64,000 bases of DNA from Comamonas sp. Its GTDB lineage: Bacteria > Pseudomonadota > Gammaproteobacteria > Burkholderiales > Burkholderiaceae_C. The stretch lies in assembly GCA_034675705.1 (NCBI GenBank), contig JAUCCZ010000006.1:690112-754111 (forward strand). Direction: 5' to 3'. The notes below the pieces were generated by a model. That model was not told where the DNA came from, searched no databases, and worked only from the letters and a program-made list of their open reading frames with translations. This document shows positions 37,429-48,673 of the stretch, in pieces (position 1 is the stretch's first letter; the number at the start of each line of letters is the position of its first letter). The translations under genes and the position numbers were made by a program.

Positions 37429-38694
37429 ATGGAATTACTGATTATTGACCGGCGTTTGTCCGGCAAGAATAAATCCATAGGAAACCGTGAACGCTTTATG
37501 CGCCGCTACAAGGAGCAGCTCACCGACCGGGTGCGCCGCGCCGTCAGTGAGCGCGGTATCCGCGATATGGAGCGTGGCCAGGAGGTCAGCATCCCCCGCA
37601 AGGACATCAACGAGCCCATGTTCCACCACGGCCCCGGCGGCGTGCGCGATACCGTGCACCCTGGTAACCGCGAATACGTCACCGGCGACAAAATTGCCCG
37701 CCCGCAAGGCGGCAGCGGCCAAGGCAGCCAGGCCAGCAACCAAGGGGAGGGGGAGGACGATTTCACCTTCACCCTGACCAAAGAGGAGTTCATGCAGCTC
37801 TTTTTTGCCGACCTGGCCCTGCCGCGTCTGGTGCAAACCCATTTAGGCCGCATGCAGGAGTGGAAAAACCGCCGCGCCGGTTATAGCCAGGACGGTACGC
37901 CCAACAACCTGGCCTTGGTGCGCACCATGCGCAGCGCCTTGGGGCGGCGCATTGCCTTGGGCAAGGACTTGCAGCGCCAGATCGCTGCGCTGCAAGCACA
38001 GTTAGACGAACTGCTGGTGCACGACGACGGCACCAGCGAAACCGCCGCCCAATTGCAGCAGCGTATTTGCGCCCTGCGCCAGCGCCGTGAGCGGCTGGCG
38101 TTTTTAGACCCGATTGACATGCGCTTTCGCTCTTACGTCAAACAGCCCCTGCCCATTAGCCGTGCGGTGATGTTTTGCGTGATGGACGTTTCTGGCTCTA
38201 TGGATGAGCAGCGCAAAGACCTGTCCAAGCGGTTTTTTATTTTGCTGTATTTGTTTTTAACCAAGCATTACGAAAAAATAGATATTGTCTTTATTCGCCA
38301 CCATACCCAGGCGGCAGAGGTCAGTGAAGAAGAATTTTTTCACGCCAAGGAAAGCGGCGGTACGATTGTAAGCAGTGCCTTACAATTATTGGTAGAGATT
38401 ATTCAGGCGCGTTACCCCGTGCAAGAGTGGAATATCTACGTAGCCCAGGCCAGTGATGGCGATAATTTTCCAGAAGATACGGATAACTGCAGTGCCTTGC
38501 TGGCAAAAAATATTTTGCCGTTGGTGCGCTATTTTGCCTACGTGCAGGTGGCGCAAGAAGAGCAAAACCTGTGGCAAGAGTATGCGCGGCTGCAGCCGCA
38601 GTTTCCGCAATTTGCCATGCGCAAGGCCATGCAGGCCGACGAGATTTACCCGGTATTTCGGGATTTGTTTAAAAAACAGGGGGTGCAGGAATGA
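37429..38694 (+). CDS. yeaH: YeaH/YhbH family vWA-domain protein
   Basis: IIDRRLSGKNKS, HPGNREY, MDVSGSM (MIDAS), ESGGT, ASDGDN. Confidence 0.93.
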   Translation: MELLIIDRRLSGKNKSIGNRERFMRRYKEQLTDRVRRAVSERGIRDMERGQEVSIPRKDINEPMFHHGPGGVRDTVHPGNREYVTGDKIARPQGGSGQGSQASNQGEGEDDFTFTLTKEEFMQLFFADLALPRLVQTHLGRMQEWKNRRAGYSQDGTPNNLALVRTMRSALGRRIALGKDLQRQIAALQAQLDELLVHDDGTSETAAQLQQRICALRQRRERLAFLDPIDMRFRSYVKQPLPISRAVMFCVMDVSGSMDEQRKDLSKRFFILLYLFLTKHYEKIDIVFIRHHTQAAEVSEEEFFHAKESGGTIVSSALQLLVEIIQARYPVQEWNIYVAQASDGDNFPEDTDNCSALLAKNILPLVRYFAYVQVAQEEQNLWQEYARLQPQFPQFAMRKAMQADEIYPVFRDLFKKQGVQE

Positions 38695-40316
38695 GCGTAT
38701 TCACGGCCATGGCCCAGCCCGAGCGGCGCACCCAGCTCAACCCCTGGAAACTGGCCCAGGTGGGCGAGCGCCGGCACAGCCGCGTACCCACAGCGCCGCT
38801 ACCGGCCCCAGAGCGCCCCAGCGCCCCCTTGCCCGACCCCAGCGACTGGTCGTTTGCCCTGCTGGAGCGCTACCACAGCGTGATTGCGGCGGCGGCCCAA
38901 CGGTTTGGGCTGGATACCTACCCCAACCAGTTGGAAGTCATCAGTGCTGAGCAGATGATGGATGCCTATTCCAGCATTGCCATGCCGGTGATGTATCGCC
39001 ACTGGAGCTTTGGTAAAGAGTTTCTGGCCACCGAGCGCCGTTACCGGCGCGGCCATATGGGGCTGGCGTATGAGGTGGTGATTAATTCCAACCCCTGCAT
39101 CAGTTATTTAATGGAAGAAAACACCACCGCCATGCAGGCGCTGGTAATTGCCCACGCCGCGTATGGCCATAATAGTTTTTTCAAGGGCAATTATTTATTT
39201 CGCATGTGGACGGATGCGGCCAGCATTATTGATTACCTGGTGTACGCCCGCGATTATGTGGCCCAGTGTGAGCGCCGCCACGGCTGGGCGGCGGTAGAAC
39301 AGTTGCTCGATTCTTGCCACGCCCTGTCCCACTACGGGGTAGACCGCTACCGGCGACCTGCCAAGCGCCCGCTGGCGCATGAAAAAGAGCTGCAGGCCCA
39401 GCGCGAAGCCTACGCGCAGCAGCAGGTCAATGACCTGTGGCGCACCCTGCCCACCCACTCCGGTAAGGAAGCCAGCAGCCAGGCGCCAGAGCGCTTTCCA
39501 GCCGAGCCGCAGGAAAACCTGCTGTATTTCATTGAAAAAAACGCCCCGCTGCTCGAGCCCTGGCAGCGCGAAATCGTGCGCATCGTGCGCAAGGTGGCCC
39601 AGTATTTCTACCCCCAACGCCAAACCCAGGTGATGAATGAAGGCTGGGCCACCTTCTGGCACTACACCCTGCTCAATACCCTGTACGACGAGGGGTGGCT
39701 GACCGATGGGGTCATGCTGGAGTGGCTGGGCTCGCACACCAACGTCATTTTTCAGCCGCCCGTGGGGCACCCGGCCTACAGCGGCATCAACCCCTACGCG
39801 CTGGGCTTTGCCATGTACCGCGATATCCAGCGCATTTGCCAGCAGCCCACGCCGGAAGACCAACTCTGGTTTCCCGACATTGCCGGCAAGCCGTGGCTGC
39901 CCACCCTGCACTACGCCATGCAGAACTTTAAGGACGAGAGCTTTGTCGGCCAGTTCCTGAGCCCGCACCTGATGCGGGATATGCGTCTGTTTGCCGTGCA
40001 TGACGATGTGCAAAACGCCCATCTGGAAGTCAGCGCCATCCATAACCCCGAGGGCTACCACCGGCTGCGTGAGCTGCTGTCGCTGCAATACGACCTGGGC
40101 ACGCGCGAGCCCAATATCCAGGTCTGGAACGTCAACCTGCGCGGCGACCGCTCCCTGACCTTGCGCCACACCTCCTACCAGGGCCGCCCCCTGGCGCAAG
40201 AGGCCATGGTGGAAGTGCTCAAGCACATTGCCCGGCTGTGGGGTTTTGGCGTGCATCTGGAGAGCTGGGACGGCAAGCGCAGCGAACCCGTGCTGCTGCA
40301 TACCGTAACGCCTTAA
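38691..40316 (+). CDS. ycgB: SpoVR family protein
   Basis: YPNQLEVI, YRHWSFGK, AYEVVINSNPC, HAAYGHNSFFK, MNEGWATFWH. Confidence 0.93.
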   Translation: MSVFTAMAQPERRTQLNPWKLAQVGERRHSRVPTAPLPAPERPSAPLPDPSDWSFALLERYHSVIAAAAQRFGLDTYPNQLEVISAEQMMDAYSSIAMPVMYRHWSFGKEFLATERRYRRGHMGLAYEVVINSNPCISYLMEENTTAMQALVIAHAAYGHNSFFKGNYLFRMWTDAASIIDYLVYARDYVAQCERRHGWAAVEQLLDSCHALSHYGVDRYRRPAKRPLAHEKELQAQREAYAQQQVNDLWRTLPTHSGKEASSQAPERFPAEPQENLLYFIEKNAPLLEPWQREIVRIVRKVAQYFYPQRQTQVMNEGWATFWHYTLLNTLYDEGWLTDGVMLEWLGSHTNVIFQPPVGHPAYSGINPYALGFAMYRDIQRICQQPTPEDQLWFPDIAGKPWLPTLHYAMQNFKDESFVGQFLSPHLMRDMRLFAVHDDVQNAHLEVSAIHNPEGYHRLRELLSLQYDLGTREPNIQVWNVNLRGDRSLTLRHTSYQGRPLAQEAMVEVLKHIARLWGFGVHLESWDGKRSEPVLLHTVTP

Positions 40317-40373
40317 ATTGACTTCACACCAGCCTTCACGCTAGCCGTTGCCCGGCGCTCTACACTTGCCAGC

Positions 40374-41240
40374 ATGTTGGATACACCCTTGGATACATTG
40401 ATCGCCGCCCTGCCGCTGCAGCCCAGCACCCGCATGCCGGTGCTGTTCGTGGGCCACGGCAGCCCCATGAATGTGCTGGAAGATAACGTCTGGCGCTACG
40501 GCTGGCAGGACTTGGGCCAGGCACTGCTCACCACTTACCCGCGCCCGCAGGCCATTGTGTGCATTTCTGCGCACTGGCAAACCGTGGGGCACTGGGCGCT
40601 GACCGGGTCGCCCACGCCCGCGACGCTGCACGACTTTTCCGGCTTTCCCGCTGCGCTGTATGCCCAGCGCTACCCGGCACCGGGCCACCCGGCTTTGGCC
40701 CAGGCGCTGGCCGCATATTTACAGGCCGAAGGCGACCCAGCGGTACAGGTAGACCCCGAGCGGGGGCTGGACCATGGCGCTTGGGGCGTGCTGCAACCCA
40801 TGTTTGCCCAGGCCGACATCCCCGTGCTGCAACTGAGCATGGCCTACCCGCACAGCGCCCAGGCGCATTGGGACATGGGCCAACGCCTGGCAGCGCTGCG
40901 CACGCGCGGCGTGCTGCTGGTGGCCAGCGGCAACCTGGTGCACAACCTGGGCACCTTGCGCCAGGGCACAGGGGTGAACGCCACCTACACCTGGGCGCTA
41001 CAGTTCGACGAGCGCGTAGCCGACTTGATTTTGGCCGGGCAACTGGCGGCCCTGACCAAGTTTGCCGAATGGGGTGACCTCACCGAAGTAGCCCACCCCA
41101 CGCCAGAGCATTTTTTACCCCTGCTGTATGCCGCCGCCGCCGTACTGCCCGGCGATACGCCCCGGTTCTTTAACGCCGGGTTTCAAATGGCCAGTATTTC
41201 CATGCGCTCGGTGATTTGGGAGCCACCAACCTCTGCCTAA
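40374..41240 (+). CDS. ygiD: 4,5-DOPA extradiol dioxygenase (LigB family)
   Basis: GHGSPMN, SAHW, GLDHGAW, SGNLVHNL, HPTPEHFLPL. Confidence 0.9.
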   Translation: MLDTPLDTLIAALPLQPSTRMPVLFVGHGSPMNVLEDNVWRYGWQDLGQALLTTYPRPQAIVCISAHWQTVGHWALTGSPTPATLHDFSGFPAALYAQRYPAPGHPALAQALAAYLQAEGDPAVQVDPERGLDHGAWGVLQPMFAQADIPVLQLSMAYPHSAQAHWDMGQRLAALRTRGVLLVASGNLVHNLGTLRQGTGVNATYTWALQFDERVADLILAGQLAALTKFAEWGDLTEVAHPTPEHFLPLLYAAAAVLPGDTPRFFNAGFQMASISMRSVIWEPPTSA

Positions 41241-41280
41241 GCTCGCGCAGGCTGTTACCATCGCCGGTTTTTTTAATTTC

Positions 41281-41313
41281 AGCGCTTGCCCCCATGGGTG
41301 GCAGGCGCTTTTT
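41281..41313 (+). terminator. Intrinsic terminator after ygiD
   Basis: agcgcttgcc / ggcaggcgct arms followed by a T tract. Confidence 0.6.
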
Positions 41314-41375
41314 GCGTGCTGCCTGGCGGGCGCTGGCTTGCGGTGAACGTGTTCGAAAGTGTTGGAAATATTGGT

Positions 41376-42731
41376 ATGGAGCAATTGACGCATTGGCTCA
41401 AGCTGGTGAACGCCCAGGTCTGGGGCATTCCCATGGTGGTCTTGATTTTGGGCACTGGCCTGTTTCTGCAACTGCGCCTGGGCGCGATGCCGCTGCGCAA
41501 AATTGGCTACGGCTTTCGCATGATTTGGGCCAGCCGCAACAGCACCAGCGGGCAGGCGGGCGATATTTCCCCGTATGCGGCCTTGATGACGGCGCTGTCC
41601 GCCACCGTCGGTACCGGCAATATCGCCGGTGTGGCTACGGCTATTGCCGTGGGCGGGCCGGGGGCCTTGTTTTGGATGTGGATGACGGCCCTCTTGGGCA
41701 TGGCCACCAAATACGGCGAAGTGGTGCTGGCCGTGCGCTTTCGGGAGCAAAACACCCAGGGCCACTGGGTGGGTGGGCCGATGTACGCCATTAAAAACGG
41801 GCTGGGCCGGCACTGGCGCTGGCTAGGCACGGCCTTTGCCGTGTTTGGCGGGCTGGCCGGTTTTGGCATTGGGGCCATGGTGCAGTCCAACGGCATTGCC
41901 TCGGCCATGGAGGGTGCGTTTGGCCTGGCGCCCTGGATGAGCGGCGTGGCGCTAGCACTGCTTACCGCCGCTGTTATTTTGGGCGGCATCACCCGCATTG
42001 GCGCGGTGGCAGAAAAACTGGTGCCCGGCATGTGCCTGGCGTATATCGCCTGCGTGCTGTGGGTGCTGGTGGTGTTTGCCGGGCGCATTCCGGCAGCCCT
42101 GGAGCTGATTTTTTCCCAAGCTTTTGCCCCCACGGCGGCGGTGGGCGGCTTTGCGGGCTCCACCGTTTTGATGGCTATGCGCATGGGGGTGGCGCGGGGT
42201 ATTTTTTCCAACGAAGCGGGCCTGGGCACCGCAGGGATTGCCCAGGCGGCAGGCAAAAGCGATAGCCCCGTGTTCTCTGGCCTGGTGGGCATGATGGGCA
42301 CGTTTATCGACACCATCATCGTCTGCACCATGACGGGGCTGGCGATTGTGGTCAGCGGCGTATGGAATAGCGGTGCCAGCGGTGCGCTGCTGAGCACGCA
42401 AAGCTTTGAAGCGGCCATGCCCGGCATCGGCAAATACGTGCTGGCGCTGGCCTTGGCGGTGTTTGCCTTCACCACCATCCTGGGCTGGGCGTATTACGGC
42501 GAAAAATGCTGGGACTATTTGGTCGGCACCGCCGCAGAAAAGCCGTTTCGCTTGGCCTGGGTGGCCGCCGTGTTTGCCGGTGCCGTAGCCACGCTGGACT
42601 TTGCCTGGCTGGTGGCCGATACCTTGAATGCCTTGATGGCCGTGCCCAACCTGCTGTCGCTGTTGCTGCTCTCGCCCGTCATCGTGCAGTTGACACGTGA
42701 GTATTTTCAGCAGCCGCCGCAGCCGCACTGA
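41376..42731 (+). CDS. Alanine/glycine:cation symporter (AGCS family)
   Basis: TVGTGNIAGVA, GGPGALFWMW, GGPMY, FSNEAGLG, DTIIVCTMTG. Confidence 0.93.
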   Translation: MEQLTHWLKLVNAQVWGIPMVVLILGTGLFLQLRLGAMPLRKIGYGFRMIWASRNSTSGQAGDISPYAALMTALSATVGTGNIAGVATAIAVGGPGALFWMWMTALLGMATKYGEVVLAVRFREQNTQGHWVGGPMYAIKNGLGRHWRWLGTAFAVFGGLAGFGIGAMVQSNGIASAMEGAFGLAPWMSGVALALLTAAVILGGITRIGAVAEKLVPGMCLAYIACVLWVLVVFAGRIPAALELIFSQAFAPTAAVGGFAGSTVLMAMRMGVARGIFSNEAGLGTAGIAQAAGKSDSPVFSGLVGMMGTFIDTIIVCTMTGLAIVVSGVWNSGASGALLSTQSFEAAMPGIGKYVLALALAVFAFTTILGWAYYGEKCWDYLVGTAAEKPFRLAWVAAVFAGAVATLDFAWLVADTLNALMAVPNLLSLLLLSPVIVQLTREYFQQPPQPH

Positions 42732-42749
42732 GCGCTGAATTGCCCGGGA

Positions 42750-43709
42750 CTACGCACCCCAATACGCCTTCAGGTGTTGGAGCGCTTCGGGGTTTTTCAG
42801 GCCGGCACGCTCCAGCACCTCGGGGACGGTGCAGCCGTTTTCCAGCCAGTGCACCAGCACGGTGTTGCGGATGATTTGCGGGCCCAGGCGCGCGGGCTCG
42901 GGCAGGTGGTGGCGCTGGGCGGCTTGGCGCAGGGTTTTGCTGACGATGTGCAGCAGGCTGTGGCTGGAGAGCATGGGCGCCTTGCGGCTGCACAGCAGCG
43001 TCTCTTGCGCCTGCATGGCGTGGTAGGCGTTGCGCAGCGCCAGCCATTGCGCCAGGGCGGCGGCCAGCGCGGGGGAAATCGGCAGGCTGCGGCTTTGCCG
43101 GGCCCGCTCGCCCTGGATGCGCACCGTGGTAATGCGCCCGGCGGCGTCGGCCTCTAGGTCGTGCACGGTGAGGTAGCGCACCTCTTGCGGCGTCAGGGCC
43201 AGCTCCATCAGCAGCATCAGCGTGCAGCGGTCGCGCGTGGGAATCAGGTCACCCGCGGCGGGAAGCTGCGCCTGCAGCGCCCGCCACATGGCGGGCCACA
43301 GGATGGCGCCTTGCGGGTCTTCGCTGGGGGGCAGTTCGTGGCGGGCAATGCCTTGCGCGGGGTTGGCCGCCACCCAGCCGTGCAGCAGCGCGTGGTCATA
43401 AATACGGTCGAGGATGCGCCAGTAGCGCCGGCGGGTAATGGGGCTGACTTCATGGCGGCGCGGGCTTTGCGGGCCGGTGCGGATGAAGTGCAGCACCGTC
43501 ACGGCATCGGCCTGTTGCCAGCCCAGGCTGCCAGCCGCCAGGTGGCGCAGCCAGGTATTCCAAATCACTTGGTAAGGCTGGGCCGCTGCGGCGGTGAGCG
43601 GCGCAACCGGGTCTGCAGCGCAGCAGCGCAGCCAATGGGCAAAGACCTCGGCAGCGGCGGGGGCAGCGTTCGGGGCAATGTGGGTGTCAGCGGCGGGGGA
43701 TGCGGGCAT
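42750..43709 (-). CDS. Tyrosine-recombinase-fold protein with degenerate catalytic residues
   Basis: RDR..L.LL..L.L..QEV..L...DL, GPQIIRNT, AGLKN and N-terminal SPITRRRY follow the XerC/D layout. Confidence 0.8.
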   Translation of the reverse strand: MPASPAADTHIAPNAAPAAAEVFAHWLRCCAADPVAPLTAAAAQPYQVIWNTWLRHLAAGSLGWQQADAVTVLHFIRTGPQSPRRHEVSPITRRRYWRILDRIYDHALLHGWVAANPAQGIARHELPPSEDPQGAILWPAMWRALQAQLPAAGDLIPTRDRCTLMLLMELALTPQEVRYLTVHDLEADAAGRITTVRIQGERARQSRSLPISPALAAALAQWLALRNAYHAMQAQETLLCSRKAPMLSSHSLLHIVSKTLRQAAQRHHLPEPARLGPQIIRNTVLVHWLENGCTVPEVLERAGLKNPEALQHLKAYWGA

Positions 43710-43714
43710 TACTT

Positions 43715-43813
43715 CTTTTTTAGGAGCTGTTACCGCTGGATATTAAACAGTTTTAAGGATTTTTGTATCTGAAATCCTTATTGCACCAGCGCGAACAGCT
43801 CTCTTTTTTAAGG
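43715..43813. repeat. Dispersed AGCTG-core repeat, inverted pair
   Basis: taggagctgttaccgctgg...ccagcgcgaacagctc. Confidence 0.65.
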
Positions 43814-43826
43814 TAAACCCGCTGGC

Positions 43827-45800
43827 TCAATCCGCCTCTGCCGCTTGGGTGATGCGCTCGATTTCCTCGCTCAGTTCCAGCCAACGCTCTTCGCATTGCT
43901 CTAGTTCATCGCCCACGGCTTTCAGGCGCTTGCCGGCTTCGGCAATGTCTGCGGGGGCAAGCGGGGTGGCCAGCTTTTCTTCCAGGGCGGTTTTTTCCGC
44001 GCCCAGTGCGGCCATGCGGGTGTCGATTTTTGCCAGCTCTTTTTTCAGCGGCTTGGTCTTGTCGGCCAGGGCTTGGCGGGCCTGGGCGGCCAGGCGCCGG
44101 GCTTCGCGTGGGTCGATGGTGGGGGCGGCGCTGCCCACGGGTTCGGGGTTGGCTGCGGCATCGGCAGCCTTGGCCGCTTCGCGTAGGCGCCGTGATTCTT
44201 CCAGCAGGTAGCGCTGGTAGTCGTCCAGGTCGCCATCAAAGGTGTTCACCTGGCCGCGCCCGACCAGCCAGAAATCGTCAGCCACGGCGCGCAGCAAATG
44301 CCGGTCGTGGCTGACCAGCATTACCGTGCCGTCAAAGTCGTTCAGCGCCATGGCCAGCGCTTCGCGCGTGGGCAGGTCGAGGTGGTTGGTCGGTTCGTCC
44401 AGCAGCAGCAGGTTGGGGCGCTGCCAGACGATCATGGCCAGTACCAGGCGGGCTTTTTCGCCGCCGCTCATGCTGCCCACGCTTTGCGTGACCATGTCGC
44501 CGCTGAAGTTGAAGCTGCCCAGCCAGTTGCGCAGGTCTTGCTCGCGGCTGGCCGCTGGGGCGTCGGCCCCCAGGTCCCGCGCCAGGCGCACCATGTGCTG
44601 CAGCGGGTTTTCATCGGGGCGCAGCACGTCCAGCTCTTGCTGGGCAAAGTAGCCAATGCGCAGGCCCTTGCCCTCGGTTACCTTGCCCGAGAGAGCGGCC
44701 ATTTCCCGCGCAATGGTCTTGACCAGGGTGGATTTACCCTGGCCGTTGGCCCCCAGAATGCCGATGCGCTGGCCCGCGAGCACGGTGCGGCTCACGCCCT
44801 GCAAGATGGTGGTGATGTCGCCGGTTGCGCTGGTATAGCCAAAGGCGGCATCGGTAATCGCCAGCATGGGGTTGGGCAGATTGCTCGGCTCTTGAAACGC
44901 AAAGGTGAAATCGGCACTGGCCAGCACGGGGGCCACTTTTTCCATGCGCTCAATTTGCTTAACGCGGCTTTGTGCCTGCTTGGCCTTGGTCGCCTTGGCC
45001 TTGAAGCGGTCGATAAAGCTTTGCAGGTGGGCGATTTTTTCCTGCTGACGCTCAAACGCTGCTTGCTGCAGTACCAATTGCTGGGCGTGCAGCTCTTCAA
45101 ATTTGCTGTAGTTACCGCCGTAGCGCGTCAAGCGCCCACCGTCGATATGCAGCGTCACGCCCGTGGTGGCGTCCAGAAATTCCCGGTCGTGGCTGATGAT
45201 GATGAGCGTGCCGCTATAGCGCTTGAGCCAGGCTTCCAGCCACACCAGCGCGTCCAGGTCCAGGTGGTTGGTCGGCTCGTCCAGTAGCAGCAGGTCAGAC
45301 GGGCACATCAGCGCGCGCGCCAGTTGCAGGCGCATTTGCCAGCCGCCGGAAAAGCTGCCCACGGGGTGCTCCAGCTCGCTGGTTTTAAAGCCCAGCCCCA
45401 AAATCAGCGCCTGGGCACGGGCGGTGGCGTCGTGCGCCCCGGCATCGGCCAGGTCGGCGTGCAGTTGGGCAATCTGCATACCGTCGCCCGTGGCTTCGGC
45501 AGCGGCCAATTGCGCGGTCAGTTCCTGCAGGCGCGTATCCCCTGCCAGCACAAAGGTGGTGGCGCTGTCTGCGGTATCGGGCAGGTGCTGGGCCACCTCG
45601 GCCATGCGCCACTGCGGCGGAATGAAAAAATCCCCGCTGTCTTCATGCAGGCGGCCCGCCAGCAGGGCAAACAACGACGATTTGCCCGCGCCATTGCGCC
45701 CCACCAGGCCCACATGTTCACCGGGGTGGATGGTGGTGGAGATGGCATCGAGCACAAGCTTGGTGCCCCGGCGCAGGGAGATGTTTTTTAAGGTAATCAT
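43827..45800 (-). CDS. ABC-F family ATP-binding protein (YheS-like)
   Basis: Tandem ABC domains GRNGAGKS/FSGGWQMR/LDEPTNHLD and GANGQGKS/MSGGEKAR, no TM segments, C-terminal coiled coil. Confidence 0.93.
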   Translation of the reverse strand: MITLKNISLRRGTKLVLDAISTTIHPGEHVGLVGRNGAGKSSLFALLAGRLHEDSGDFFIPPQWRMAEVAQHLPDTADSATTFVLAGDTRLQELTAQLAAAEATGDGMQIAQLHADLADAGAHDATARAQALILGLGFKTSELEHPVGSFSGGWQMRLQLARALMCPSDLLLLDEPTNHLDLDALVWLEAWLKRYSGTLIIISHDREFLDATTGVTLHIDGGRLTRYGGNYSKFEELHAQQLVLQQAAFERQQEKIAHLQSFIDRFKAKATKAKQAQSRVKQIERMEKVAPVLASADFTFAFQEPSNLPNPMLAITDAAFGYTSATGDITTILQGVSRTVLAGQRIGILGANGQGKSTLVKTIAREMAALSGKVTEGKGLRIGYFAQQELDVLRPDENPLQHMVRLARDLGADAPAASREQDLRNWLGSFNFSGDMVTQSVGSMSGGEKARLVLAMIVWQRPNLLLLDEPTNHLDLPTREALAMALNDFDGTVMLVSHDRHLLRAVADDFWLVGRGQVNTFDGDLDDYQRYLLEESRRLREAAKAADAAANPEPVGSAAPTIDPREARRLAAQARQALADKTKPLKKELAKIDTRMAALGAEKTALEEKLATPLAPADIAEAGKRLKAVGDELEQCEERWLELSEEIERITQAAEAD

Positions 45801-45844
45801 GCAAATCAGGCCCAAGCTGCACGCGGCAGGCGGCGCTGGAAATG

Positions 45845-45874
45845 AAAAAAGCCATTGCAGGCAATGGCTTTTTT
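45845..45874. terminator. Bidirectional terminator after tRNA-Ser
   Basis: aaaaaagccattgc-ag-gcaatggctttttt. Confidence 0.85.
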
Positions 45875-45881
45875 GTATTTT

Positions 45882-45969
45882 TGGCGGAAGCGGTGAGATT
45901 CGAACTCACGGATGGTCGCCCATCGCCGGTTTTCAAGACCGGTGCATTCAACCACTCTGCCACGCTTCC
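45882..45969 (-). tRNA. tRNA-Ser(TGA)
   Basis: GGAAGCG acceptor, ccggt-cTTGAAA-accgg anticodon arm, long variable arm, GTTCGAATC T-loop, encoded CCA; 88 nt. Confidence 0.96.
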
Positions 45970-46050
45970 TGGGAAAGCCGCGCATTGTACACAGGCCCGG
46001 GGGCGGTGGGCGCTTTGGGGCCTGTGCGTTGCGTTGTGGTTGGGTGCAAT

Positions 46051-48342
<2,292 letters not shown>

Positions 48343-48588
48343 GGAAGCAAAAGATTGGTGAGAAGGAGTGTTCTAGCGTTCTAGCGCGGGAAAGGGCGCG
48401 AAGCTTACTCCAAAGTGACAGGTTGCAGGGGCTGGGTGTCCCGTGGCTGCGCAATGCTCGTCTGCGGGTGGGAGACGATGGGCGCTGGGGGGCGTTGGCG
48501 GTGCGTAGTGCCAAACGCGCTGCGTGGATAACATGGCCGCCTATTATCCAGGGCGCGGCCAAGGCAGCGCAGCGGTTTGGGTTTTTTG

Positions 48589-48645
48589 CATGAAATAGGC
48601 CCTCAGCCCAAGCTACACCAGCGTGTGCAGCTATCAGATTGAAAG
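48589..48645. repeat. Dispersed AGCTG-core repeat, single copy (reverse)
   Basis: caccagcgtgtgcagctatcagattg. Confidence 0.55.
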
Positions 48646-48673
48646 CCTTGGACATCCCGCTTAGACACCCCGC

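Noticed and set aside
41241-41375. Glycine riboswitch upstream of the AGCS symporter
   Set aside because: Gap too short and lacks the GGAGA/CTCTCAGG hallmarks; only a terminator is present.
42750-45969. Integrase-like gene near tRNA-Ser as a prophage/ICE
   Set aside because: A core ABC-F gene intervenes, I found no duplicate of the tRNA 3' end, no phage or conjugation genes, and the catalytic residues are missing.
48521-48552. DnaA boxes / oriC
   Set aside because: Only two imperfect matches, no DUE and no oriC-associated genes.
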